This document shows positions 17,325 to 25,577 of a stretch of 36,355 nt of DNA, piece by piece. Position numbers and translations under genes: made by a program. How positions within the stretch are numbered: the stretch's first letter is position 1; every line of letters starts with the position of its first letter. The notes beneath the pieces were generated by a model. The model was not told the DNA's origin. It saw only the letters and a list, made by a program, of their open reading frames with translations, and made no database searches. The stretch is from a virus (lineage: Duplodnaviria; Caudoviricetes), in IMG/VR virus record IMGVR_UViG_3300005764_000040, positions 1-36,355 of that record. One strand, given 5' to 3'.

Positions 17325-17539
17325 GCTACGGCGGGCCGTGCATCTTCTGCGGGCGGACGGTCGAGGCCGAGCACGCCGCCTACCCGATCACCGGCTTCGA
17401 GACGACGCGCAAGGCGGGCGGCGCGAATCGGATACTCGGACGCGAGCGGGTGCCCGGTCAGATCGCGCACGTGTACTGCGCCGAGAGGCACGTCGCCGCG
17501 AGGCGGCGCGGGCTGGAAGGGCAGGCGTCGCTTCTATGA
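17321..17539 (+). CDS. Small zinc-binding-like hypothetical protein
   Basis: CIFC...HVYC; coupled overlaps. Confidence 0.65.
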   Translation: MSYGGPCIFCGRTVEAEHAAYPITGFETTRKAGGANRILGRERVPGQIAHVYCAERHVAARRRGLEGQASLL

Positions 17540-17709
17540 GCGTGACGGTCACGCTCGACTACGAGGGCGCGCTGCGCACGATCGTCGCGACCTCGATCGA
17601 CGAGGCGCTGCGGGTCGCCTTCGACGAGTGGGGCGAGTGGGATGCGATCGCCTCGATCTCGACGCCCGAGACGATCGCGCTCGACCTCGGGCGCGAGGCG
17701 GCGGCGTGA
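17536..17709 (+). CDS. Small acidic hypothetical protein
   Basis: ATGA/GTGA overlaps; MSVTVTLDYEGALRTIVATSIDEALRVAFDEWGEW... Confidence 0.6.
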   Translation: MSVTVTLDYEGALRTIVATSIDEALRVAFDEWGEWDAIASISTPETIALDLGREAAA

Positions 17710-18044
17710 ACGAGAAGCAACTGCAAGCCGCCGTCGTCGACGCCGCGCTCGCGCTCGGCTGGCGGGCGTACCACACCTTCGACTCGCGCCGCTCGGCGGC
17801 GGGCTTTCCCGATCTCGTGCTCGTGCGCCCGCGCTTGAAGAAGCACTCGCCGCCGCGCCTGCTCTTCGCCGAATTGAAGACCCAGCGCGGGCGGCTGACG
17901 CCGGATCAAGCGCACTGGCGCGACGCGCTCACGCAGGTCGAGCTCGAGATCGACTTTCAGGTCGGGAAGCGCGGACCGCTCAGCGTGCACGTCTGGCGAC
18001 CCGAGCAGTGGAACGACGGCACCGTCGAGAAGGCGCTGCGGTGA
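17706..18044 (+). CDS. VRR-NUC family nuclease (putative Holliday junction resolvase)
   Basis: NEKQLQ...AGFPDLVLV...LFAELKTQRGRLTPDQAHW is a PD-(D/E)xK VRR-NUC signature. Confidence 0.88.
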   Translation: MNEKQLQAAVVDAALALGWRAYHTFDSRRSAAGFPDLVLVRPRLKKHSPPRLLFAELKTQRGRLTPDQAHWRDALTQVELEIDFQVGKRGPLSVHVWRPEQWNDGTVEKALR

Positions 18045-18751
18045 AGCCCTGCCTGCTCGATCTCTACTGCGGCGCGGGCGGCGCGTCGATGGGCTACTCG
18101 CGCGCGGGCTTCGACGTCGTCGGCGTCGATCACCGCCCGCAGCCGAGCTACCCGTTCGACTTCGTGCAGGGGCACGCGCTGGCCGTGCTCGGCGACCTGA
18201 TCGCGACCGACGAGATCGGCGGCTTCGTCGCGATTCACGCCTCGCCGCCCTGCCAGCGCTTCACCGCCTACCGCCGCGCTCACACGAAGCAGCGCGACTA
18301 CGGCGACTGGATCGGACCCACGCGCGCGCTGCTGATCGAGAGCGCCCTGCCCTACGTGATCGAGAACGTGCCGCGTGCGCCACTGAGAGCGCCGTACACG
18401 CTCTGCGGCGTCAGCGTCGGGCTAGCGGTCAAGCGGCACCGCCTCTTCGAGACGAGCTTCGACATGACCGTGCCGCCCTGCGCCTGCGGCGGCTGGCAGC
18501 CCGCCCAGTACGACCGAGGCTCGCGCCACATCAGGCCGAACGATCGGCGCACGGTCGCGATCGGCGAGTGGCGCATCCCGCTCGCCTTGCAGCGCGAGGC
18601 GATGGGGATCGACTGGATGAGCGTCGGCGAGCTTTCGCAGGCGATCCCGCCGCGCTACACGGAACTGATCGGGGCGCAGTTGCTCGACCGCTTGTCGTGG
18701 CGCTGGCGGGGCGAGCAGCTAACCCTCGACGACGCGGCGGTCGGCGAGTGA
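18041..18751 (+). CDS. DNA cytosine-C5 methyltransferase-like protein (short phage type)
   Basis: Motif I LDLYCGAGG, motif IV ASPPCQ, motif VI VIENV; GTGA-coupled start. Confidence 0.85.
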   Translation: MKPCLLDLYCGAGGASMGYSRAGFDVVGVDHRPQPSYPFDFVQGHALAVLGDLIATDEIGGFVAIHASPPCQRFTAYRRAHTKQRDYGDWIGPTRALLIESALPYVIENVPRAPLRAPYTLCGVSVGLAVKRHRLFETSFDMTVPPCACGGWQPAQYDRGSRHIRPNDRRTVAIGEWRIPLALQREAMGIDWMSVGELSQAIPPRYTELIGAQLLDRLSWRWRGEQLTLDDAAVGE

Positions 18752-18927
18752 GTACGTGGGCGTGGGTCGTGCTCGCGATCGTCTCGGGGCTGGTCGTCGC
18801 GAATGGGCTGATCGTCGTGCTCGCGCTGATGATCGCGGCACGCGCCGCCGACGTCGCGAACGACCTGACGGCGGCGTGGCACGAAGAGCACGAGCGCAAG
18901 GTCGACCCGACGGGCTGGGTCGAATGA
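18748..18927 (+). CDS. Small membrane protein
   Basis: Long hydrophobic stretch WAWVVLAIVSGLVVANGLIVVLALMIAA; coupled overlaps. Confidence 0.65.
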   Translation: MSTWAWVVLAIVSGLVVANGLIVVLALMIAARAADVANDLTAAWHEEHERKVDPTGWVE

Positions 18928-19184
18928 GAGCGAGCGACACGGGGGTGAGCCGCTGCCGCTCGTGCCGCGCGCGGATCGTCTGGGCGATCACCGAGCGGGG
19001 CAAGCGCATGCCGCTCGACGAGCAGCCGAGCGCCGAGGGCACCTTCGTCGTGCGCCCCGTGTACGGCGACGGCGTCGTCGTCTTGCGCGCGATCTCAGCG
19101 CCCGAGGCGGGCACCGACGAGCCGAAGCACACGTCGCACTTCGCGACCTGCCCGCAGGCTGACCGCTGGCGGCGAGCGCGGTGA
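18924..19184 (+). CDS. Small zinc-binding phage protein
   Basis: CRSC.ARIVWA.T..GKRMPLD...SHFATCP, a pattern common in phage early regions. Confidence 0.75.
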   Translation: MRASDTGVSRCRSCRARIVWAITERGKRMPLDEQPSAEGTFVVRPVYGDGVVVLRAISAPEAGTDEPKHTSHFATCPQADRWRRAR

Positions 19185-19444
19185 AGATCGCGGTCGGCGA
19201 CACCGTGCGCACGCCCGAGGGTCTTGAAGGGCTGGTCGTGCTGATCCGACGGCAGGAGGTACCGCACGGCGCGCACTGGCGGCTCGACGAGAGCGACCCG
19301 AGCTACGCGCCGCTCAAGACGTACGCCGTGGTCGAGGTACGCCCGCAGGTGCAGGCGACGTACAGCGACGACGTGCTCGTGCTCGTCGAGCAGGGCACGA
19401 ACGCATCACGCGCGCGCGCGCGCGAGACGAGAGGGGGTGGCTGA
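19181..19444 (+). CDS. Hypothetical protein, SH3/KOW-like start
   Basis: MKIAVGDTVRTPEGLEGLVV; coupled start. Confidence 0.6.
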   Translation: MKIAVGDTVRTPEGLEGLVVLIRRQEVPHGAHWRLDESDPSYAPLKTYAVVEVRPQVQATYSDDVLVLVEQGTNASRARARETRGGG

Positions 19445-19446
19445 CC

Positions 19447-20073
19447 GTGTCGTGGCTCAGGCTCGACGACGACTTCGCCCAGCATCCGAAGGTCGTCAGG
19501 CTCGCTCGGGGCGACCGCTGGACCTGGCTCGAAGTGCTCTTGTACTGCGCCCGCTATCGCACCGAAGGGCACGTGCCCGAGGCGATCGGCGAGGCGATCA
19601 GGGCGGCGACGCCCGCCTTCCTCGACCGCTGCCACACGGTGCGCTTGCTCGACCTCAACGGCGACGGCTACTTCGTGCACGACTGGCGCGAGTACAACCC
19701 GAAAGACCCTACGGCAGCCATTCGCCAGCAGCGCAAGCGTGACCGAGAGCGTGACGCTGACCGTGACGCCGACCGTGACGAAAGCGTGACGGAGCGTGAC
19801 GAAGGCGTGACTCGCGTGCGCGCGCGCGCTGGCAGCCGCGCGCGTCCCGTCCCGTCCCTAGCGCCTACGGCGCTAGGGCTAGGGACGGAAGCGCAGCTAG
19901 ATACGCCGCCGACGCCGCCGTCGTCGTCGCAAGCGACGCCGTCGTCGTCGGCGGGCGACTGGGTCTGCCCGCAGTGCGGACCGCTGAGCGGCAAGCAGTA
20001 CCGCGACGAGGCAGGGCAGGCCGAGCACATGCGCAACGTGCACGGCGTGAAGCCGGGTGAGGCGGGCTTCTGA
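19447..20073 (+). CDS. Replication initiator protein
   Basis: MSWLRLDDDFAQHPKV...YC....TEG.VP...GYFVHDWREYNP resembles the N-terminal domain of actinophage Rep proteins; contains internal iteron-like repeats and a C-terminal C2H2-like motif. Confidence 0.75.
   Translation: MSWLRLDDDFAQHPKVVRLARGDRWTWLEVLLYCARYRTEGHVPEAIGEAIRAATPAFLDRCHTVRLLDLNGDGYFVHDWREYNPKDPTAAIRQQRKRDRERDADRDADRDESVTERDEGVTRVRARAGSRARPVPSLAPTALGLGTEAQLDTPPTPPSSSQATPSSSAGDWVCPQCGPLSGKQYRDEAGQAEHMRNVHGVKPGEAGF
19738..19811 (+). repeat. Seven CGTGAC iteron-like repeats, candidate replication origin
   Basis: Copies start at 19738, 19750, 19762, 19774, 19785, 19795 and 19806. Confidence 0.7.
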
Positions 20074-20402
20074 GTGAAGACCTCACTGATGAGCAGGTAC
20101 GCGCGCAGGGGCTGTACTTCGCGCGGCGCTACCTCGCGCACCTGTACGCGCTCGACGGGGGCGACCCGCTCGGCGAGCCGAGCGATCCCGAGGGCACCTG
20201 CGACGACTGCGAGCAGAGCGCCTACGAGCGCTGGGCGTACGGGCGCTTCGTGCTCTGCCGCCGCTGCACGACCCGACGACTACGAGCACGGCTACGGCTA
20301 GAAGGGAGAAGCGATGAACGCGGAGCCGAGCACGACGGCACCGAGGCGGCGAGTCGAGACGGTGATCGACCAGGCCCGCCTGCCAGCGGTCCGATCTTCT
20401 GA
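20070..20402 (+). CDS. Zinc-finger-like protein with probable CTG start (not in ORF track)
   Basis: CTGA overlap with the rep stop and GAGG 7 nt upstream; SEDLTDEQVRAQGLYFARRYLAHLY...CDDC...CRRC; codon usage better than ORF 20074-20301. Confidence 0.6.
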   Translation: MSEDLTDEQVRAQGLYFARRYLAHLYALDGGDPLGEPSDPEGTCDDCEQSAYERWAYGRFVLCRRCTTRRLRARLRLEGRSDERGAEHDGTEAASRDGDRPGPPASGPIF

Positions 20403-21369
20403 GACGTCGCTCGACGACGTCGCCCGCCTCGGCATGTGGCTCGCCGCTGCCGAGAGCGAGAGCCGCGACCCGAAGGCGCTCGGCGCTGCGGCGGCGCTGC
20501 GGCTCGCCTTCGCCCGCGAGCTAGGGCTGCCGCTGACAGCGGCGAGCGAGGTACACGTGATTCGAGGGCGGCTCTCGCTCGGCGCGCTGCTGCTGCGGGC
20601 GCTGGCCGAAGAGCAGGGCTTCGTCGTGCGCAAGACGCCCGAGAGCGACCGCGAGTCGTGCACGGCGGTGATCTCTCGCGAGGGCGAAGAGCTAGGGCGC
20701 GTGACGTGGTCGACCGAGACGGCGACCGCGCGCGGGCTGCTGCCCGCGAAGGCTGGCTCGGGCTGGGCGCGCAACCCCGACCGGATGCTCTGGGCGCGCG
20801 CCTCGACCGATGCGATCCGCGACTTCGCGCCCCGCGTCGCGGTCGGGCTGCTCGTGACCGAAGAGCTTGACGAGGTCGTCGACGTCGTGGAGCCCCAGCC
20901 GACCGCGCCCGCCGCCGCCCCGCTGCTCGCGAGCGGCGGGCACGGTGCCTCGTACGAGCCTGACCCCGAGCCGATCCCCGGCGTCGACGAGCCTGCGCCG
21001 CCGCCTGACGTGCCCTACGACGAGGCGGGCAACCCCGACGACCCAGCAGTCGCGCAAGAGGCAGAGGCGCGGGAGAAGGCCGCTGAGGTCGTGCCGTGGG
21101 ATCGCAAGCAGCAGCGCAGGCTCTTCGCGATGCTGGGTGAGCTAGACAAGAGCTTCGAGCCGCCGATCGACCCCGAGGTCGGGATTCGCTACGGCGACTG
21201 GAAGTCGGTCGCGGTCGAGACTGCCGACAAGCGCTGGGGCAAAGACCTGAAAGACCTCAGCTACGACGAAGCCGAAGAGCTGATCAAGCGCGTCGACGCT
21301 CGTCTGAAAGAGCTACGCGGCGAGCAGCAGCCGCCGACCGACCCTGCCGAGGGGGATATCCCGTACTGA
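20314..21369 (+). CDS. RecT/Red-beta-like single-strand annealing protein
   Basis: ELGLP...VHVIRGRLSL.A.LL.AL...WARNPDRMLWARA...IRDFAP...EEL, followed by a Pro/acidic linker; RBS AAGGGAG. Confidence 0.75.
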   Translation: MNAEPSTTAPRRRVETVIDQARLPAVRSSETSLDDVARLGMWLAAAESESRDPKALGAAAALRLAFARELGLPLTAASEVHVIRGRLSLGALLLRALAEEQGFVVRKTPESDRESCTAVISREGEELGRVTWSTETATARGLLPAKAGSGWARNPDRMLWARASTDAIRDFAPRVAVGLLVTEELDEVVDVVEPQPTAPAAAPLLASGGHGASYEPDPEPIPGVDEPAPPPDVPYDEAGNPDDPAVAQEAEAREKAAEVVPWDRKQQRRLFAMLGELDKSFEPPIDPEVGIRYGDWKSVAVETADKRWGKDLKDLSYDEAEELIKRVDARLKELRGEQQPPTDPAEGDIPY

Positions 21370-21419
21370 ATCCGTTACTCTCAGCGCGTCTCGTGGCATC
21401 CGACTGAGAGGTACGGCAC

Positions 21420-21875
21420 ATGAGCGAACCGTCACCCGCACTGCGCGAAGCGCTCGCGGCTGCGATCGAGCCGATCGAGAAGCAGCTAGAGACGATCGAG
21501 CAGGAGATCGCCGAGCTTGAGACTCGTCTCAACGAGCGGCGAAAAGATCGAACTGCGGCGCGTAACGTCTTGCGCCAGCTTGACCCCGAGAAGTACGGCA
21601 AGCCCGGACCGAAAGCGAAGAAGACGACGTCAGGCAAGGGCGACAACATCGCGCCCGAGAAGGTCGACGAACTGCTCGACTGGCTGCGCGAGCACAAAAA
21701 CGGCGACGAGTTCACGACGTCGTCGCTCGCCGCCGACGATCCGATCGGGCGAGGCCCGGCGTCGATTCACGCGGCGCTCACCGTCTTGCAACGACGCGGG
21801 CTGATCAGGCTCGACCGTCACGACCGCAACGCGAAGGTGTACCGCCTGACGCGCGCAGGGACAGCGGGCAAGTGA
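21420..21875 (+). CDS. Coiled-coil plus winged-HTH protein
   Basis: Heptad N-terminus; C-terminal SIHAALTVLQRRGLIRL...KVYRLT. Confidence 0.7.
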   Translation: MSEPSPALREALAAAIEPIEKQLETIEQEIAELETRLNERRKDRTAARNVLRQLDPEKYGKPGPKAKKTTSGKGDNIAPEKVDELLDWLREHKNGDEFTTSSLAADDPIGRGPASIHAALTVLQRRGLIRLDRHDRNAKVYRLTRAGTAGK

Positions 21876-22285
21876 GCCGCAACGGGGGGAAGAAGCGCGC
21901 GAGCCTGTACGACTTTCGCGACCTCGACCTGCTGCTCAAGATCGAGGCCGAGGCCGACGACGAGGGCTGGGTCGAGACTGAGCACGCCGCCCGCGCGCTC
22001 GGCTTCGGCGACGAGCAGCGCCCGCTCGGTATCCGCTTCGCTTGGATGCGCCGTTACGGGATGCTCGAATTCGACGAGCGCCGCAAGATGTGGCGGCTCA
22101 CGCCCGCCGCCGAGCGCGTGACCGAGGCGCGCCTGCGCGCCGCCGCCTCGACCCAGATCGAAGAGCTACCCGACGAGGTCATGGTCGAGGTCATGAGCAA
22201 GGTCACGCAGCGCTACATGCACGGCTCGCCACTGGTCGCGACGATGCTGCGGCGCGAGTTTCAGTACGGGACGCAGCCGCGATGA
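21872..22285 (+). CDS. Winged-helix-like hypothetical protein
   Basis: RFAWMRRYGMLEFDERRKMWRLTP; coupled overlaps. Confidence 0.6.
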   Translation: MSRNGGKKRASLYDFRDLDLLLKIEAEADDEGWVETEHAARALGFGDEQRPLGIRFAWMRRYGMLEFDERRKMWRLTPAAERVTEARLRAAASTQIEELPDEVMVEVMSKVTQRYMHGSPLVATMLRREFQYGTQPR

Positions 22286-22515
22286 GCGGGCGCGTGCGGA
22301 TCGTGCGAGGCGTCGTGCCGCCCGCCCTGCCCGAACCCGGCAAGTGCGTCACCGTCGAAGAGGCGGCAGAACTGGGCGAAGAGCCGACCGTCGTCTGGGA
22401 GATCGAAGGCGTGCCACGGCTGGCGCTGATCGGGGCAGCGCCGACGCCCGAGGGCATCGCCCTGATCGAGCAGGGGGCGCGGCAGAACGGCATCGAGCTA
22501 AAGCGGGTGCGATGA
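22282..22515 (+). CDS. Hypothetical protein
   Basis: ATGA-coupled; MSGRVRIVRGVVPPALPEPGKC... Confidence 0.6.
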   Translation: MSGRVRIVRGVVPPALPEPGKCVTVEEAAELGEEPTVVWEIEGVPRLALIGAAPTPEGIALIEQGARQNGIELKRVR

Positions 22516-22727
22516 GCGAGAGCGAGCAGCAGATTCGCGAGCACAACGCGCGGCAGTCGTGGCTCGACGTCGCGAATCACCTGACCGTCGCGTACGAGGC
22601 AGTCGAGCAGGCGCAAGGGTCGCTCTCTGACCTCGGGCTTGACTCGCTCGCCGATCAGTTAGACGCCGTGCACGACGTGCTGCGACGGGCCGCGAGCGAC
22701 GCGCGCGAAGCATCGACGCCCGAGTGA
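22512..22727 (+). CDS. Hypothetical helical protein
   Basis: ATGA-coupled; MSESEQQIREHNARQSWLDVANHL... Confidence 0.6.
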   Translation: MSESEQQIREHNARQSWLDVANHLTVAYEAVEQAQGSLSDLGLDSLADQLDAVHDVLRRAASDAREASTPE

Positions 22728-22843
22728 TGCCGTACCTGTACGGGATCGCGGGCGGGCTGATCTTCGCGCTCGGCTGGGCGCTCGGCTACAAGCGCGCGAT
22801 CGGCGACGTGCGCGACTTCATCTTGCGCGGCAAGCGCCGATGA
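22727..22843 (+). CDS. 38-aa membrane peptide
   Basis: MPYLYGIAGGLIFALGWALGYKRAIGDVRDFILRGKRR; fills the gap exactly with TGATG and ATGA overlaps. Confidence 0.6.
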   Translation: MPYLYGIAGGLIFALGWALGYKRAIGDVRDFILRGKRR

Positions 22844-23256
22844 TCCGCGAGCACGACTGGCACGGCATGCCGTGGTACGTGCTGAGCGTCAGCTACCACA
22901 CCGAGCGGGGTGCGCTCTCAGCCTTCAACGCGCTCGAAGCCGTGGGCAAGCGCGAGCGCGGCAAGCTCGACCTCGGCATCTATCGGCACGGCTACGTCGA
23001 CGACACGACGGCGCGCTCGATCACCGTCGTCTCGCATCGGCGCGAGGGCATGGCGGTCGCCGAGCGCGTGCTCGCGCGCGGCAGCGATCTCGAGCTCCAC
23101 CCCGCGAATCTCGACGCGCTGATCGCTCGACGCGCCCGCGTGATCGCCGAAGCGCTCGACGCGAAGGCGCGACCGGGCAGCTACGTGATCAGGCGCGGGC
23201 GTCCCGCGAAGGTCAACGCCGACGGCAGCTTCGACGAGTGGGTCGGCGAGGGATGA
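22840..23256 (+). CDS. Hypothetical protein (138 aa)
   Basis: Coupled overlaps; typical codon usage. Confidence 0.7.
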   Translation: MIREHDWHGMPWYVLSVSYHTERGALSAFNALEAVGKRERGKLDLGIYRHGYVDDTTARSITVVSHRREGMAVAERVLARGSDLELHPANLDALIARRARVIAEALDAKARPGSYVIRRGRPAKVNADGSFDEWVGEG

Positions 23257-23528
23257 GCGGGCTGCACTCGTACAAGGCAGCCTCGCTCGCGGTCGGCAGG
23301 CGGATCAGGCAGCGGCGTGAAGAGCTAGGGCTGAGCCAGCGCGAGATCGCCTTCGCGGGCGGCTCGTACGCCTACGTGTCGCGGCTCGAACGCGGGCAGC
23401 GCGTGCCCTCGCTGGGGATGCTGATCACGCTCGCCGATCGGCTCGACACGACGGCGCTCTGGCTGCTGACGGGTGAGGGCGACGACTTCTGCCCCGTCTG
23501 CCAGCGCAACGAGAAGCGCGCCCCGTAG
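23253..23528 (+). CDS. XRE-family HTH regulator
   Basis: VGRRIRQRREELGLSQREIA....SYAYVSRLERGQRVPSL..L..LADRLDTT..WLLTG; C-terminal CPVC. Confidence 0.88.
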   Translation: MSGLHSYKAASLAVGRRIRQRREELGLSQREIAFAGGSYAYVSRLERGQRVPSLGMLITLADRLDTTALWLLTGEGDDFCPVCQRNEKRAP

Positions 23529-23536
23529 GGCGCGCT
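23515..23536. terminator. Hairpin at the convergence of two operons
   Basis: 9-bp stem AGCGCGCCC-cgta-GGGCGCGCT; no U-tract. Confidence 0.5.
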
Positions 23537-23562
23537 CGGTGATCACTCGTGAGGGGCGGCGG

Positions 23563-23721
23563 CTACTCGGCCTGCCGCTCGGCGCAGGCGAGGCAGAGGC
23601 ACGGGCGCGGCTCGCCCGAGGCGGGCGCGTTCGTCGCCCGGACCTCGCCGCCTCGCTCGCGCCCCTTCATGCTGACCCCGCAGTCGATGCAGACGTACTC
23701 GTGCGTCGTGTCTCGGCTCAT
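23563..23721 (-). CDS. Small zinc-finger-like protein
   Basis: CIDC...CLAC; ATGA-coupled. Confidence 0.6.
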   Translation of the reverse strand: MSRDTTHEYVCIDCGVSMKGRERGGEVRATNAPASGEPRPCLCLACAERQAE

Positions 23722-23906
23722 CGTCCCTGCCTCTCGTGGTAGCGCGCCCTGCACTCGGCGTACGTGCTCGGGCAGAAGACGTGCCGCGTCACCTTGCCGC
23801 AGCCGAGGCAGCGGTGCGGCTTCGCGCGCGGCGGGCGCTTCTTCTCGCCGAAGCCGAAGAGCGCGCCGATCTCGCGCGCGACCTCGTCGTGCCCGTCGTG
23901 CTTCAT
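23718..23906 (-). CDS. Small Cys-containing hypothetical protein
   Basis: MKHDGHDEVAREIGALFGF...CLGC...C.....C; ATGA-coupled. Confidence 0.6.
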   Translation of the reverse strand: MKHDGHDEVAREIGALFGFGEKKRPPRAKPHRCLGCGKVTRHVFCPSTYAECRARYHERQGR

Positions 23907-24094
23907 CCCTCGTCGCCCCTCTCGATCGCCTGCTGCAAGTCGTACATCAGGTCGTCGTCGCCCGACTCGCCGTAGCTCCGAAGCCACGACTTGACCTCGT
24001 CGCGGCTCGCAAGACCGGGCCTGCCGAAGTGCATGCGGATCGCTCGGCGGTAGTCGTCCGAGACGGTGACGGTGTAGTCGACGCGAACCTTCAC
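23903..24094 (-). CDS. Hypothetical protein
   Basis: GTGA-coupled start; KVRVDYTVTVSDDYRRAIRMHFGRPGLASRDEVKSWL. Confidence 0.65.
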   Translation of the reverse strand: MKVRVDYTVTVSDDYRRAIRMHFGRPGLASRDEVKSWLRSYGESGDDDLMYDLQQAIERGDEG

Positions 24095-24543
24095 GACGTC
24101 ACCCACGGGATGCCCGTCACACCGGGCACCCCGTGCATCGACTCGTACACGTCACGGCGCTGCTCGGCGTTGAGGCGGCGGCGCACCTTCCAGTCGGCTT
24201 GAGTGACGAAGCCCGTGCCGTTAGCGGCGCTGACCCGCACGCCCTCGCTGCCGTCGCCGTAGGTGTGACCGTCGCGCTCGACCGACGCGACCGTGAAGAA
24301 GCGCTCGACCGTGCCGTGCCCGCCCATCGTCACGACCCAGCCGACCTCGACCTCGCGGGCGGCAAGCTCGATCACGGTGCGCTCGCGGTACTCGGCGAAC
24401 GCGGCAGCGCCCGCCTTCGTGTAGGCGAGGCCGCTGCCGTTGCAGCCCCAGCAGCGGTCGCCGTCGCGCTGATTCCACGAATGCCGACCGCAACCGCCGC
24501 AGCGGTTGCACTCGGTCGTCTCGAAGAGGTCGCGGTACTTCAT
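24091..24543 (-). CDS. Protein with CxxCxGxG zinc-finger pair and beta-barrel-like C-terminus
   Basis: CNRCGGCG...CWGCNGSG; AREVEVGWVV. Confidence 0.75.
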   Translation of the reverse strand: MKYRDLFETTECNRCGGCGRHSWNQRDGDRCWGCNGSGLAYTKAGAAAFAEYRERTVIELAAREVEVGWVVTMGGHGTVERFFTVASVERDGHTYGDGSEGVRVSAANGTGFVTQADWKVRRRLNAEQRRDVYESMHGVPGVTGIPWVTS

Positions 24544-24788
24544 GACTGCCGCCCCTCGTCGCCGTACGTCAGCAGCCAGAGCGCCGACGCCTGCCGAAGC
24601 CGCGCCTCGCGCTCTTCCGGCGTGGTCGCGTACATGACGCTGCGCTCGACCGCCTCAGCCTCGGCGGTCAAGACCTCGCGCTCGGCCTGCGCCCGCAACG
24701 TCTGCCACGGGGTGCGACCGGGCGTGACGCGGTCGGCGAGCTTTAGCTCGTCGTAGCGCGCCTCGATCTTCTGCTCGATCTCGCTCAT
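24540..24788 (-). CDS. Hypothetical helical protein, first gene of the leftward operon
   Basis: RBS GGAGGTACAGC before the ATG; MSEIEQKIEARYDELKL... Confidence 0.7.
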   Translation of the reverse strand: MSEIEQKIEARYDELKLADRVTPGRTPWQTLRAQAEREVLTAEAEAVERSVMYATTPEEREARLRQASALWLLTYGDEGRQS

Positions 24789-24789
24789 C

Positions 24790-24899
24790 TGCTGTACCTC
24801 CGTCTCGTTTCCACAAGTGATCATGTGAGAAGTATCGCTGCTCGGGGGTGCTGGGCACATGACCCGTCTGGGGGATATCTCACATGGCGGCTTGTGAGT
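24790..24899 (-). promoter_or_regulatory. Promoter/operator cassette, leftward copy
   Basis: Two CACA-N8-TGTG palindromes (24812-24827, 24881-24896), -10-like GATACT, and blocks matching the reverse complement of 26251-26360. Confidence 0.85.
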
Positions 24900-25368
24900 A
24901 TTCGCGGGCACGCGCGCGAGCCTCGGCCCGCGTGAGGCAGGCGTGCTTCTCGTGGGCGAGCGCGTCCGAGTACCAGCCGGGGAAGCGCTCGCGGATTGTC
25001 TCAGGATCGACCCCGCGCCTGATCGCCTTCGAGAAGGCGTACGCGACGCAGCGGGCCGCGTCGAGGTAGGCGCGGTCGTAGCCCGCCAGCCCGTAGGACT
25101 CGAACTGGTCGAGCGCGTACTGCCACGCCTCGACCTCTTCGACCCAGCGCGGCAGCCGCCGCCCGTTGAACGAGTGCCCGAGCACGACGTGCCCGACCTC
25201 GTGGGCGGCGGTCGCGAATGAGATCGGCCCGCGCACGTCGGGGATGATCACCGAGCCGTCAGGGTAGGCGACGCCCGTCGTCGCCTTGCGCCTGCCGCGC
25301 ACCCGCACGCGCTCGCGGCGCAGCAGGTGCTCGGCGGCTTCGTGGTAGCGGCTGGCTCGCGCGTTCAC
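24880..25368 (-). CDS. HExxH zinc metallopeptidase-like protein (ImmA/IrrE-like)
   Basis: FATAAHEVGHVVLGH...EEVEAWQYA. Confidence 0.75.
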   Translation of the reverse strand: MNARASRYHEAAEHLLRRERVRVRGRRKATTGVAYPDGSVIIPDVRGPISFATAAHEVGHVVLGHSFNGRRLPRWVEEVEAWQYALDQFESYGLAGYDRAYLDAARCVAYAFSKAIRRGVDPETIRERFPGWYSDALAHEKHACLTRAEARARAREYSQAAM

Positions 25369-25577
25369 GACGAACCCGCTTTCAGGCAGCGCAGCAGGTC
25401 ACTCGCCGCCCGTGCCGCCTCGCGCCCGCTATCGCGCACGCTCTTGAGGTACCTCTCGTCGTCGGGCCGCAGCTTCGGCTCGGCGATCCGCTGACGGATC
25501 GCCCACGCATTACGCGACGCGCGCTCGGCTGCCTCGTGCATCGCACGCACCTGCGCGTCGAGATCGCGGGCGCTCAT
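25365..25577 (-). CDS. Hypothetical helical protein
   Basis: MSARDLDAQVRAMHEAAERASRNAW...; coupled overlaps. Confidence 0.6.
   Translation of the reverse strand: MSARDLDAQVRAMHEAAERASRNAWAIRQRIAEPKLRPDDERYLKSVRDSGREAARAASDLLRCLKAGSS

Noticed and set aside
17706-18751. VRR-NUC plus methyltransferase as a restriction-modification pair
   Set aside because: Stand-alone VRR-NUC proteins are structure-specific resolvase-type nucleases, and orphan methylases are routine in phage early regions.
20074-20301. 75-aa ORF given in the ORF track
   Set aside because: Arg/Ser/Thr-rich off-frame composition; the overlapping frame from 20070 has normal codon usage and paired CxxC motifs.
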